64,000 bases of DNA from Cenococcum geophilum (taxonomy: Eukaryota), in assembly GCA_050273025.1 (NCBI GenBank), contig CP158636.1, positions 5,642,001-5,706,000 of the forward strand, in the 5' to 3' direction. Below, one piece after another: positions 1 through 12,984 of the stretch (within the stretch, counting starts at the first letter, position 1; every line of letters starts with the position of its first letter). Position numbers and translations under genes: made by a program. The notes below the pieces were generated by a model. It searched no databases. It was given only the letters and a program-made list of their open reading frames with translations, and had not been told where the DNA came from.

Positions 1-2890
1 CCTTTATAGATATTAGGAAGCTTTCTAAGATTACTTATAAAATTAATAAGATTAAGGTAGTACGGGATATAGTTAAGAAGGAGTAGGGAGAGAAACTTTT
101 AGAAGGTCCCTATAAGCTCTTCTATACATATTACGTACTAAAAAGCATTTATATCCTTATTAATTAAGCTAAAAAGAGTAAGATTACCAGAGAGAATGCG
201 TTAAAGATAGTTAATAATGTAATACTAAATCGCCTAAAACTTTTAAAGGCCGGGATCTTAAGGACTCTATACCTAATACCCTCGGATTTCCTTAATACTT
301 ATAAATTTAGACTAAAAGTTAATAAGGAGCTAGTTAAGAAATAGGGGCTCGCCTATTATCCAAGCTGGGGCTATAAGCTTTTAGTACTAGCCTTAACTAT
401 TAAAGCTAGAGGAGAGGGATTTATACTAGAGCCAGTTACTCTAGGACCTCTATTAATACCTTTTAAAGAGGTTAAAGGCTTAAACATAAAGATGCTGCGT
501 AGTACATTTCTATTTAGAGGTAAGGTTCCTAAAGCTAATAAAAAGGACTCTAAATCTAATAAATCTACGTCTTTAGAGGATGTCTTTATAATTAGCTCCT
601 CGCAAAAACGCAAGGCTGAAAAAGCTTCTAAGAAATCTCCTAGAAAGAAGCTAAAAATAGGACCTATAAAACCTTTAGCTTCTAGTAAAGCTAATAGATA
701 AAAGGGAAAAGTAGCTATAATTGCTGAAGCTAATAAAGAGGTAATTATTAGGAAACTACGGCCGAAACGAAAAATAAAATACTTATACCATTCTAAAACG
801 CCAGTTAAATTAATAAAGGCTTTTAATTTAAAGAAAAAACTAAAAGGCGGTGTCTCTTCCATCTTGCAATAGTTTATTATAGCCTAGCAAGGAAATAGGA
901 CAGAAGTCTACGCGCTATACCGGATATATCTTTAGAAAATAGTAGGATTACTAGGACTAGATACTAGTACTTCCTTTATAAATTTATATTTACGAATTTA
1001 CTTAGTCTTTAAGAACTATAATGCTATTAATATTCTCTAGACAGCCAAAAGCTCTTATTTTTGGTTTAAAAGGGATAGTCGTCCTAAGTATATAAATAAT
1101 GGTCTTAGGATTTACACTTATTCTACTATACGACCTAGTAATTATTAAGTAGATTATATAGGGTTAAGGAAGCTTATATTAAGCTTAAAAGGGGAAATAG
1201 AATAGAACTTGCTTAGAATCCACTAGGCCAATTTATTTAAATAGTAAAAAGATACTAGGATTCTAGACATTTTTAAAGAGGAGTTTAATATATATGCGTA
1301 TTATTTATATAAGACCACTAGAGAGGAAAATAGCGGTATCCTTCGGACTATATACCATTTTTTGCTATAGTAGGCAATTCGGATAGATCTAAAGCACTAC
1401 TAGTATATAGTGGCTTTACGCGCCAATAGCGCTACTCGTTTTATTATATATCTAAGCTATACGCTTTAGTTCCTTAGTAGCCATCTCCCTAAAAAGTGGA
1501 ACTTGGAAATTAACCTTCTGTAAGTATATAAAGGAGGGCTAAATTTTAGAGAAAGCTAGCTTCGTTTTTATATCTCCTTAATTAATAAGGGGAGTTAGTC
1601 TTACGTAAAGTTCCTACCCGGCATATATTAGTATATATTAGAATAGATAGGCTTACTTTAAAAATATAGGGAACTTAATAATAGAGGGCGTATTAAGAAT
1701 ATAGAAACTGCCTAGACTAAAGCTAATGCTAAGAAGTTTAAGCTTAACTAGATGCCTATTGCGTTAAGGACTAGTAAAGTACGGTTTACAAAAGCTACTA
1801 TTATATAAGGAGCCTCTTAAGCAACATTAAGTTGCTTAATTATTATACTAGACTTAATTACAATCCTACTAAATATTAAGAGATTAGAGATTCCTAGGCT
1901 TAAGAGCCAGCAGGCCGTTATATAGATAAATTTAGACGCTTTTCCCCCGGTTTTAACTCCTACTAGCAAACCTATTTCTAACGCTCCTCTATATAAGTTT
2001 CCGGCCTATATATAGCTATAGGCAAAAAGCGCTGTTTTAAATGCTTTAGTTAGGAGACTTTTATAGGACGACCCTTAAGTAAAAAGAGAGTAACAGTTAA
2101 TCCTAGATCCTTTATTAAATAATAAATATAAAGTATTTTAAGAAAGATATAGAACGCGTATTACTAAGGCTATTTATAAGAGCTTTAAAAAGCTAAAGGA
2201 ATTTAAGCGAGAGGTATTTAGGGTAAAGTCTTACTTTTTAGCAAAAGAATAAGGGCGTAAGCGTTTTACAGATAACCTAGAATATCCTAAAGACTTAGTT
2301 TTAGATCTAGAATATAAATATAACCTAGCTGGTATAACTTTTAGCGCTTCCCCGCTAACCAATTATGGTTTCAAAGGCTATTCTAAAGGCGAGGCTAGGG
2401 CTATTACGCCTTAAGGCGCTAGGACTGCTGCGCTAAACCTTAGTCCTAATATATTTAATAATAAGGTAGCGCCTATAGAAATTAACCGGGAGTTAAAGGA
2501 TATAAGTAAGCTTAAAGAAGATAGCTTCTAAAATGCTGCTTCTAAACATTTACTGGTATTTATTAATGCTTTAGAGAATATTAATAAGCTAATAGTATTA
2601 TACCGCCTAACGCCTTTACCAATTTTAAAAAAGGGTACTGCTTTAAAAGAATAGATAATTAATTCTAGTGTTCTCTAACCTTCTATATGGAAGACAATAC
2701 AAGCGGAAATAAATGCTATCCGTAAAAAGGTGTCTTCAAAACTCTAGGTTGGTGTTATTAATATATAGGATAATGTAAATGCAGAGCTTAAGGCGGAAGG
2801 CGTAGATAATATAAAACAGAGGCGATAAATAGGGAAGAGGTATAGGCAGCTTTGGAGGAGTTTAAGGTATACTAGGTATTAGGTTGTTTT
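1..2890 (+). pseudogene. Extra ORF (ORF3) of Gypsy-A, copy 1, 5'-truncated by the window edge
   Basis: One + frame broken mainly by TAA/TAG at Gln/Trp positions. Includes track ORF 492-701 (SPRKKLK) and reads ILDIFKEEFNIYAYYL..GILRTIYHFLL**AIRIDLKHY near 1260-1400. Confidence 0.7.
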
Positions 2891-2959
2891 TTTCTATTCT
2901 TAAGTAAATAGGGTCTGTAAAGAAACGTTAGGGGACAACGTTTTAGGTAGGGGTAGTAA

Positions 2960-3190
2960 TATAGTAGTATAGAACGCTTTTTAGTTATTTTAGTTTATTT
3001 CTTATTATATATAGGGGGCTTAGGGTTATATATATTACGGAAGCGACCTAGGCTTTAACCTTATTCTAAAAAAAATCCAACTTACCCTCTAGTTATTCTT
3101 CTACCTTTCTAGCATGACTTATCTAGTCCTATTCCCCTTATAATGCTTAATTAAGTATTATTTTTTAGTATTAGGCTTTGCCCTTCTACA
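2960..3190 (+). repeat. Gypsy-A LTR (~231 bp)
   Basis: TA(TG)TAGTAG...CTACA termini, follows the PPT, homologous to 8809-9048 at both ends. Confidence 0.8.
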
Positions 3191-3409
3191 CTAGCTCTCT
3201 ATTATTTACTACTATAATTAGATTAATGTCTATATATTACCTTCCCTTTTAAAAAGCAGCTAGATCTAATTAACCTATAGCTTTACCTATAAGCTTATTA
3301 AAATATTAGATACTTAGTTTAACTTTAATAATATTCTTAATAAGATTCTTAAATCTACTCCTCTTTTTTAGCTTCCACCATAGCTTCTACTGCTTCCTCT
3401 ACTACCTCT

Positions 3410-4395
3410 ATAGAGGAAGCCTTATATCTAACTTAGACGGCTACCCTTTAGGAACAGGCCTTAATAGATATTATCTATACGCCAACGGTTAAATCAGGAA
3501 AGTAGTATCTGGTAGTAGCTAGAAAGTACCTTTTAGGCTAGCTAGAGGTAAGAGCTCTAATAAATACAACATCTAAAGTAGTAGCGAAATTTCTATAGGA
3601 AGAGATTATCTAAGATAGGGAGTGTTTAAACAACTCTCTATTAACGGAGGACTAGAGAATAAGGATGTGGTTACTATTCTCGTAGAAATATATAGGATTT
3701 ATTAAGTAGTTATATTAGCCTATTTTCTACAAAAATAAGGCCTAGTTAAGAGAGGATATTAGCCTCTAGTAGCAGCGTTAGTGAAGTATAGAGGTAATTG
3801 GGTGCAGAATCTAACGAAAGCGCTTTAGGCTAACTAAATAACGGTTAAGGTAATAATAGAAATAACATTAGTTTAAATTCTCTATAAATAAGAATATATA
3901 CCCCTAATTAAGCTCTGCCTTCCTATATAGTAGACACTCCTATAAAATAAGGTGAAGATAATAAAAGAATTAATTATTCTAAAAATAAAACAGTTTAAGT
4001 AATAAGAGATAAATAACAAAGAAGCTTAGGAGAGGATACGCTACTATTATCTAGCTAATAGAGAATACCTATAAGGGCAAGCTTAAGTCTAGGGGGCTTA
4101 TACTAGTATGGGATATAAAGAAGGCAAAAGATATATTATAGTGGCAAAAGCTATAGCTAAAATAGCAGGGTCCCTTCTAGATTAAAATGGCATTAGAAAA
4201 AGGGTTTTATAAACTTAATAGTACTAAAATAAGAGGCAATCTATATGGGAATAGGTTAAAACGGTTCCTTATATAAGATCTTAAGGAAGTTAGACTAGAA
4301 GGCTATATAAATAAAAGCAACGTAATATAGAAGAGGTCCCCGTAAAAGAGGAGGTACCTAAGGAGGAGGCCGTAGCGTAGGTAGAGAAAAGGTAA
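3410..4395 (+). pseudogene. Gypsy integrase relic
   Basis: De-RIP reading EEALHPTW..KYLVVAREYLSG..VAKFLWEEII.RWGVF..LSVDGGPENK..GLVERG..ALWADRTTV (DDE integrase core). Confidence 0.8.
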
Positions 4396-5532
4396 TCTCT
4401 AGGAAGAATTAGCTAAGTTCTCGTTTATAAAAGTCCTTCTACCCTCTCATTTAAATAACTTAATCGCTACTACTTATTAAAAGAGTTCCTTTAAGCTTCC
4501 TAAAAGACAAACAGCCAGTTTCCTGCTATACTAGTATAGCGCCGTACTGCTTTATTAGTATAAGGATTATATAAGCTAAGCTTAATTAAACCCTTCTAAG
4601 GAAAGAAAGTAGAAGGAAAGAAGTAAGAGAAAAAGCCTTTATAAACGGTAATTAACTAAGATTATATTATAGTTATAGTTAATTCTACCTATCCTTTATA
4701 TACGTTCCTCCCTTCTAATTATATTATAATCTTATTACGTCTTAAGGATTATAGCTCTACTAAGAGACGGTCTTCTATAAAGATCCTTCTATAGGTAAGC
4801 TATTACTTAGGACACCTATTACTATAAGCAGTAACTCTTTCTCTTTCTTCTCTTTATCTCTATAATGAACGCGTAAAGTAACTATAAGTAAGGCTTATTT
4901 AAGGAATACTTGGCACTATAATAGCTAGCACTCTTAGAGACTAAGAGTCTTCTACCGCACTTCTACCTCACTGCTATAAGCAATTAGGAAAAGAGTTTAC
5001 TTCTTTAAAGCTGGTTCTAAATCCTTAGTTTTAACAACTGCTCTTATAAAGAATAACTTTATATATAGTCTTCTTCCTTTTATCCTTATTACCAGTAACT
5101 ATCTCTTATAAGTATTTTACATTTTCACGCTCTATAATTTTTAATTTAGCATTTTTATTTCCTTTTAAGTTAAGAGAAGAGCTACTTACTTTAAGAAACC
5201 TTAGTTAAGCATATTAAAGGTTAAAGTTAATTTTTAGTACTAACTAATGTTATTATTATGGAAAAGTCTTAGTAAGGAAAATTTAACTAATTAGATAACT
5301 TTAACCGCCGGTTAAAGTTTCTTAATATATTAACAATTTACGTAACGGTTCTTTTTAATTTACCTTTTTCTGGAAAATACTATAAGGCCTTTATTTTAAT
5401 TTCTTATTATCTTATCTTATTTAGTTATACGCGCCTATTTACTTTTCTCTTACATTAAGAAGACACTATTATAACTCTTATCTTAAAATACTACCTATAC
5501 GCCTGTTGCGCACATAAAATATTACTATAAAA

Positions 5533-8500
5533 ATATCTAGAACTATAGAACTCCGCTTAAAAGGAAAGCCGCTACCTTTACCTCCTATACCTCTGCCTCC
5601 CGCGCCTCTGCCTCCTACTATTTAGTTAATGGCCCTTATATACTAAGGAAAGGCGCAAATAATAGAGGTTATTCTTAGGGCCATCTAAAGCCACCTAGTT
5701 AATTAGCGCGTAAATATCTATTATAGTTTAATACAGGCTATTATAAACTAGGAGCATAATATAGTTAAAGCTATAAAAAATACAATAGTTGAGATTAAGA
5801 AGGATAATAAGCTTAAGGGAAATTTAGGAAATAAAGATTAGGAAAACGCCTTTATAGATATTAAAAAGCTCTTTAAGATTACTTATAAAATTAATAAGAT
5901 TAAGGCGGTGCAAAATATAATTAAGAAGAAGTAGGGAGAGGAACTTTTAAAAGGTCCCTATAAGCTCTTCTACACATATTATACACTAAAAAGCATCTAT
6001 ATCTTTATTAATTAGGTAAAAAGAAGTTAGATCTTTAGGAAAGATGCGTTAGAAATAATTAATAATATAATATTAAGCCGCCTAAAACTCTTAAAGGCTA
6101 GAATCTTAAGGACCCTATACCTAATACCCTTAGACTTTCTTACCGCCTATAAATTCGGATTAGTAGTTAATAAAGAGTTAATTAAGAAATAGAAGCTCGT
6201 TTATTATCTAAGCTAAGGCTATAAGCTTTTATTACTAGCCTTAACTATTAAAACTAAAAAGAAATCTACACTAGAGCTAGTTACTCCAGTACCTCTACTA
6301 TTACCTTTTAAGGAGGTTAAAGGCTTAAATGTAAGAATGCTGCGTAGCTTGTTTCTGTTTGGAGGTAAGGTACCTAAAGTGTAAGGAGAAGACTCCGAAT
6401 CTAATAAATCTATATCTTTAGAGGATAACCTTATCGCTAGCTCCCTATAGAAATGCAGGGCTAAAAAAGCTTCTAAGAAATCCCTAAAAAAGAAGCTAAA
6501 GATAGGACTTACAAAGCCTCTAGCTTCTGGTAGAGCTAATAGGCGGAAGGGGAAAGCAACAATAATTGCTAAAGGAGAGGTGATTATTATAAAAGCACGG
6601 CCGAAGCGGAAAATAAAATGCTTATATTATTTTAAAACACCAGCTAAATTAATTAAGGCCCTTAATTCTAAGAAAGAGCTAGAAGATAGTATCTTTTCTA
6701 TTTTATACTAATTTATTATAGCCTAGCAAGGAAATGGAATAGAAGTCCGCGCGTTATACCAGATACATCTTTAAAAAATAATAGGGTTGTTAGAATTAGA
6801 TGCTAGCGTTTCTTCTATTAATTTATATTTATAAATCTACTTAGTCTCTAAGAACTATAATACTATTAACATTCTCTAGACGGCTAAAAGCTCCTATTTT
6901 TAGTTTAAAAAGAATAGTCGCCTAGAGTATGCAAATAATAACCTTAAAATTTACGCTTATTCTATTATACAGCCTAGCGATTATCTAGTAGACCGCGTAG
7001 GATTAAGAAAGCTTATATTAGGCTTAAAAGGGGAACTTAAATAGGACCTAATTAGAATCCACTACGCCAATTTATTTAAATAGTGGGAAGATATCGGAAT
7101 TCTAGGCATTTTTAAGGAAGAGTTTAATATATACGCACACCATTTACAAAAGACTGCTAGGGAAGAGAAAGATGGTATCCTCTAGATTATATATTATTCC
7201 TTATTATAATAAGTGGTTTATATAGATCTAAAGCACTATAGATATACTATAGCTTTACGTACTAATAATACTACTTGTTTTATTGCATATCTAAGCTACA
7301 CACTCCAGTTTCTTAATAGCTATCTTCCTGAAAAACGGAACTTAGAAATTAATCTTCTTTAAGTATATAAAGGAGGGCCAAATTCTAGAAATAGCTGGCT
7401 TTATTTTTATATTTCCTTAGTTAAGAAGGGGAGTTAGTCTTATATAGAACTCCTACCTAAAATGTATTAGTATATACTAAAATAGGTAGATTTACTTTAA
7501 AAGCGCGAAGAACTTAATAGTAGGGGGTGTATTAAGAATATAGAGACGGCCTGGACTAGGGCTAATGCTAAGAGGTTTAAGCTTAACTAGATGCCCATTA
7601 TATTAAAAACTGGAGAAGTGTAGTTTATAAAAGCTACTATTACATAAGGAGCATCTTAAGCAACATTAAGCCGCTTAATTATTACTTTAGACTTAATTAC
7701 AATCCTGCTAAATACTAGGAAATTAAAAATCCCTAGGCTTAAAAGCTAGTAGGAGGTTATATAGATAAATCTAACTAGTCTTCCCCTAGTTTTAACTCCT
7801 ACTGGCGAACCTATTACTAGTATTCCTCTATATAAATTCCTGGCCTATATATAACTATAGGTAAAGAGTGCCCTTTTAAATGCTTTAGTTGGAAGACTTT
7901 TATAAAATAATTTTTAAGTAAGGGTAGAATAGTAGGTAATTCTAGATCCTACCTTAAATAATAAATATAAAGCATTTTGGGAAAGATATAGGGCACGTAT
8001 TGCTAAGGCTGTTTATAACAGTTTTAAAAAGCTTAAGGAATTTAAACAAGAGGTATTTAGGGCAAGGTCTTACTTTTTAGTAAAAGAATAAGGCTATAGG
8101 CGTCCCGTAGATAACTTAGAATACCTTAAAGACCTAAGTTTAGATCTAGAAAATAAGGGTATAACTTTTAGCGCTCCTTTATTAACTGAGTATAGTTCTA
8201 AAGGCTACACTAAAGGCAAAAATAGGGCTATTACGCCTTAAGGCGCTGGGACTACTACTCTAAACCTTAGTCCTAATATCTTTAATAACAAAGTAGTGCC
8301 TATAGACATTAACCGTAAACTAAAGGATCTAAGTAAGCCTAAGGGAGATAGCCTCTAAGATACTGCCCCTAAACAATTATCGACAGTTATTAATACCTTA
8401 GAAGATACTAATAAACTAGCAGCATTATACTGCCTAACGCCTTTACCAATTTCGGAAAGGGGTGCTTCTTTAGGAGAGTAGGCAATTAACTTTAGTATTC

Positions 8501-8739
8501 TATAATCTCCCTTATAGAAGAAAATGCAAGCAGAAATATATGCTGTTAAAAAAAGTGTGTCTTTAAACCTCTAAGCTAGAGATATTAATACGCAAAATAA
8601 TAGGAGTATAAAACTTAAAGTAAAAGGTATAGTAGATAAGGATAATATAAAAGAAGCGGAGGCAATGATTAAGGAGGGAGTATAGGCAGCTTTTGGTAAG
8701 TTGGAGGAGTATTAGGCGTTAGGGTGTCTTCTTTTTTAG
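5533..8739 (+). pseudogene. Extra ORF (ORF3) of Gypsy-A, copy 2, ~1070 codons; putative 2OG-Fe(II)/PhyH-like domain protein
   Basis: Pro-rich start (PLPLPPIPLPPAPLPP), basic NLS-like tract, CxC..CxxH motif, conserved block EEFDMYAHHL..GILRTMYHSLLQQAIRMDP..YKFPA..ALVGRLSWDDP, acidic tail. The ORF is well supported; the fold call is inference. Confidence 0.65.
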
Positions 8740-8808
8740 GGTATTTATTACCTACTTTAGGGGATATAAGGAAACATTAGGGGACAACGTTTTAGGTAGG
8801 GGAGGTAA

Positions 8809-9048
8809 TATAGTGGTATTAAACGCCCTTCGGTTATTTTGGTTTGTTTTCTTATTATATATATAAGACTTAGGGTTATATATATTTTAGAAGGAGCTTA
8901 GGTTTTAACCTTACCTTACCTTAATATAACTTCTCCTCTACCCTCTATTAATTAACGACTTCTCTAGTATAACTTAAGTTATTCCGTTCTTTTATTTACA
9001 ATACTTAATTAAGTATTATCTTTTAGTATTAGGCTTTACCCTTTTATA
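8809..9048 (+). repeat. Gypsy-A LTR (~240 bp)
   Basis: Homologous to 2960-3190, follows the PPT, ends CCTTTTATA (RIPped TACA). Confidence 0.8.
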
Positions 9049-11840
9049 CTGCCTATAACGGCGGTAATATTAATCCGGTTATAAAGCCAAAGCTCCCTAT
9101 ATACTACTATATATATATTAAATAGCTTATTAGTAATAAGGCTTAGCGGAATATATAGGGTGCAAAAATATTATTAGAATAGCAACAACTTACCTTCCCT
9201 TTATAACCGCGATAATAACTAAAACCTCTTTCTCTTCTTTATATCTAGTGTGTTCTAAATATATTGTATATTTAGGCTTCGTAAGCCTAATAGGCTATAT
9301 CTTGTAGGTAATAATACCTAAGTATTATATAGAGGAGACTAGCGCGGGGGTAGGCTTAAAGAGAGTCGTAGTTATATAGCGGATACGGTAGCAACTAATA
9401 TAGCTTAATTAGTAGTAGCGGTAGATATAGTAGCATTAAACAGGGAGTTAATTAATAAAGTTTAACTCTAACTCGGCATTGGATTAACACTAAAAATCCT
9501 AAATATCGCATCTATACCTTATAAAGAAGGGTATAGTATATAATTATATTTAAGACCAGCCGCATGCAGCTCCTATTATAGACTTTTAGATAGTAAATCT
9601 GCGTGCTCCTATTCATTTATATAGTTATTAAAGTATTCGCGTATAGTAATTAGGTGGAATTAATATACTATTTAATATAGTATAGTATATAAAACGGCAA
9701 TAGTATAATATATTAGAAATAGAGTAGATCTACTAATAGCTATAGGTACTGCTGATGTCTAAGCCTATATCTAAAGTCTCTTAAGGATATAATTCTTTTT
9801 AGTATTTAGATTTGCCCCCTTCTTATTATATATTTTATATTTAGGCGCTCTTAACTAAAGAGAGTTATTATAGTGACTATACCAGGAGCCTTTATCGGTA
9901 TTGGCAGCAATTAAAGCGTTAGGCTTGGCGAAATACTTATATAGTGTTTCCTTAATACTCTTGTAATTGTTATATAGCTAAAAAAAACTTATCTCTTATC
10001 TCTATACGCTTCTGCTTATCTTCCTTTTTACCTCCCTACTTTAACTAGATAGTGTTACTAGCTAATAAGTTATCTAAGTTTATAAAATTAACTGATAGTA
10101 ATTGGGATCCACGTAATGGTAATGGCTAAAAGGTAGAAGAGGGGTAGGATAATAGTGCGTAAGACTATCGCTATCGGCGAGAATTTAAACGGTGTACTGC
10201 CTTTGGCTTTAGCTATAGGAGTAGGTCTCGTTCGCTAAAGCACTAGTGTTTAAATAAAAAGATTACTTTAGCCCTTCTACTATCGCAACTAGCTTAACTA
10301 CTACGCTATAGAAGAAAAGAGAAATGTTATTTAGGCGCTAGTATTATATATATAACCACTTTACGGACGTCCAAAAGATTAATACTAATCTTAATAGCCT
10401 CTATGGTAAAAATAATTTAAATCTTAGAAGATTCTATTAGTTTCCTAAACTTATCTAGTATTAACTTCTTACTAAATAATGAGGTTGTTTAATAGAATAC
10501 GGCTATAATTAAGTGGGTAATATTCTTAGTATATTAAGCTAAATATAGCTGCTATAGGTACTTAGATATACTTTTATACGCCTCTATAGCTTAGACTCTG
10601 GTATTAAAAAATATAATAGTCTTTAGGATCTTATACGGAGTAGCTAAGTAGCTCTCTCCCTAAAAGACGGCAGGATTAATATATATTTTAATAGTTAGAG
10701 GATTAATAGCCTTATTAAAAAGGAAGCGGAGCGAGGTGTATTTAGTAATTATATCCTTTAGTATTTAGCTAAGATAAAAGATAAGCTCTTTATAGGAAAT
10801 AGAAGTTTACTTAAGGTGTATATTAGTATTATTAAAGCCTAAGGACTTCTTTACCGTTTCTAACGTTTTTGGATTAAAAGTTATAAAATAGGCAAACTAC
10901 GGAACCGAGCTTTTAATTAGATTGCGTATATAGCGTAGCTATATATACTTAGGGCAAAACTTTTTGCCCTATTATATAATAAGATAAGCTTTATTAACAG
11001 CAACTAAGGCCAATTACTTCTTAAACTTGGGGTCTTTAAGCAGATCTTAGAAAGATGGTGTACTAGTAAGCTTAGGACTAATAAAGATATAAGTATATAG
11101 GCCGGCTTTTGCATTTTTAAGCGCTTTATCTATATCCTTAACGTCGGCGTTAAGGAGTAGCGCATTACTACTAATCTAATTAACCTTTTAAACTTGCTCT
11201 TTTATAATCTCATTTAGAGGAAGAAATATTAGTAATATAGTATTTTTATAAAGGATTGAAATTACTTATATAATAAGGCTTTTACTAAAGCCGGTTTATA
11301 TAATAAGGATAATATTAATGCGATTATAGATTAGCCTCCAAATATTGGTTACCTACTTATTTTTTATATGGAATTCGTCGCCGTATAGCAGTAATATAGT
11401 ACCCTAAATTACGTTATCTCGTGCTTAAGTTATTATATTAGGCTTCTTCTTATCTTAAATTTTTCTCTAAACTCTAGCTACTTATATCTTTAGTGTATCC
11501 TAATAGGCTAAGCTAGTAGAGAGTTAAGGTATATCCTAGCTGGCCAAGCTAGTAGAGAGTTAAGATATTTATAAATCTATCCGTAGTGACTAAGAAGCTT
11601 TACTATTTACTGCTAGTAACTAAAACGCCTTATTATTAGTGCGTTGCTTTTTAAAGACGTTTATTACACTAATAGTATTATCTACTACCTCGCTAGTAGT
11701 ACGAGGACAGTTGCGTACTATACTAGGCGTATATCCAACTTTTAGCTTCCTTATTAAGGCCTTTAGGCGTTTCTTTATACTAAACGGCGGTATATAGCTT
11801 ATTGGTAAACATAGAGTCGGTAGGGGGTTCGTAGGTTAAT
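9049..11840 (-). pseudogene. RecQ-like SF2 (DEAH) helicase, RIP-inactivated, 3' end cut by the Gypsy-A LTR
   Basis: Minus-strand motifs in order: I (LIIKTGFSKS = AKTGFGKS, ~11290), Ia (FLPLNEI), ISPEL, II (VAVNKAY = VAVDEAH..WG..FRP, ~10995), III (~10890), V (TIEAIKISINLLDVR = ATEAIGMGVNLPDVR, ~10390), VI (QRGGRAGRD, ~10295). A Ser/Pro-rich tail follows, with a GTAAGT intron donor near 9193. Confidence 0.85.
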
Positions 11841-12021
11841 ATTTAGGTAGTGTAGGTAGCGGAGGAGTAATAAAGCAGGTAATAAGGTATAGAATTAATC
11901 TAGATACAACATATCAGCTATCTAGGTGTTTATCTACTATAAATATTAATATAGGAGGTTAAACGTTAAGGATTAGTAATGGTTGATAGCTCTGGCTAAA
12001 TATTTACTATTTTAGCAGTAA

Positions 12022-12332
12022 TATTTAAGGCAAAACGTAGCGGTAACCACCAGGCCGTTCGTAATAATTTTGGCAGCATTAGAATCGCCTTATAAAGCTC
12101 TAGAATATAACATTAGCCGATTATCTATAAAGGCGTTAGTTTATTATTAATTAATAGTAATAGGGTTTTAGGTAGAGCTTTAAAGGGGAGACCCGCTTAT
12201 TTAAGGTAAAATATAGCAGTAACTACTAGGCCGTTTGCAATAATTTTGGCAGCGTTGGAATTGCCTTATAAAGTTCTAGAATATAACGTTAGCCGATTAT
12301 TTATAAAGGTGTTAGTTCGTTATTAATTAATG
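12022..12332. repeat. ~130-bp direct repeat, two copies ~178 bp apart
   Basis: AAGGCAAAACGTAGCGGTAACCACCAGGCCGTT...TTATTAATTAAT at ~12027 recurs at ~12203 with mostly C/T and G/A differences. Confidence 0.85.
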
Positions 12333-12984
12333 GCTAAAAATTTAGTATGGCGCGTGAGTTTGTATAAGAATTATATATAAATTGGCATAAGGGATTAATA
12401 AATTTCCGAACCGTGTACCAGACGACAACAATATAAGATGATTAATCTGTTATATAAGCAGCTTATAATTGGCTGATTGTCTAGGACCGAGATAAAATGC
12501 AGAGGTAGAAAAGCCGGCTTAGTAAGCTATATTTACTAAAGCTTTATATTAATTAAAATCTAATACTAAAATAGAGCCTCCGGAGCCCTTACTACCTACT
12601 ATCTTCCTACCTTTTTTGGGCCTCTACGGGCGCACAGGACGATTTTAGCTACATTTGAACACTATATTGGGTAAATTAAGGTGGATTTTCAACCGGGCAA
12701 TGTTAATACGTGTATATATAGAGGTGCTGCCAAAAATCTGGAATAAAACACTATTAAATCTATACTAATTGCCTAATTAGGAAAGCGAGCTGACAGCGAA
12801 TAGTCAGCGTACCTTATTTTGATGCAGCGGACAACGAGCGATCTGATTGGCCGCAGTCAGTCAGCTATAGGGCCTCAAAGCTCGCTGAAGACTGACTGTT
12901 GGACACACTGACTGATGTTCTGTCGGGGAGGCTTTGACCAAGGGATGAGAAGTACTCTGATGGCCTACCTTCTTGATACGGGAT

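Larger units (their letters stand above)
1..3190 (+). mobile_element. Gypsy-A LTR retrotransposon, 3' part (extra ORF, PPT, 3' LTR), RIP-degenerated
   Basis: 1-3190 is colinear with 5849-9048. A purine tract GGGGACAACG...GGTAGGGGTAGTAA precedes a repeat ending CCCTTCTACA. Confidence 0.8.
3191..9048 (+). mobile_element. Second Gypsy-A element lacking gag/RT (integrase, ORF3, PPT, LTR)
   Basis: Integrase relic, then ORF3, then PPT at ~8778-8808, then LTR. Confidence 0.75.

Noticed and set aside
371..862. 163-aa hydrophobic minus-strand ORF that looks like a membrane protein
   Set aside because: It is the antisense shadow of the Lys-rich + strand ORF3.
3015..3065. TTAGGG/TAACC motifs as telomeric repeats
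   Set aside because: Isolated hexamers inside the LTR, not an array.
4500..5200. Possible antisense ORF between integrase and ORF3
   Set aside because: Only one copy is visible and no convincing motif emerges after de-RIP.
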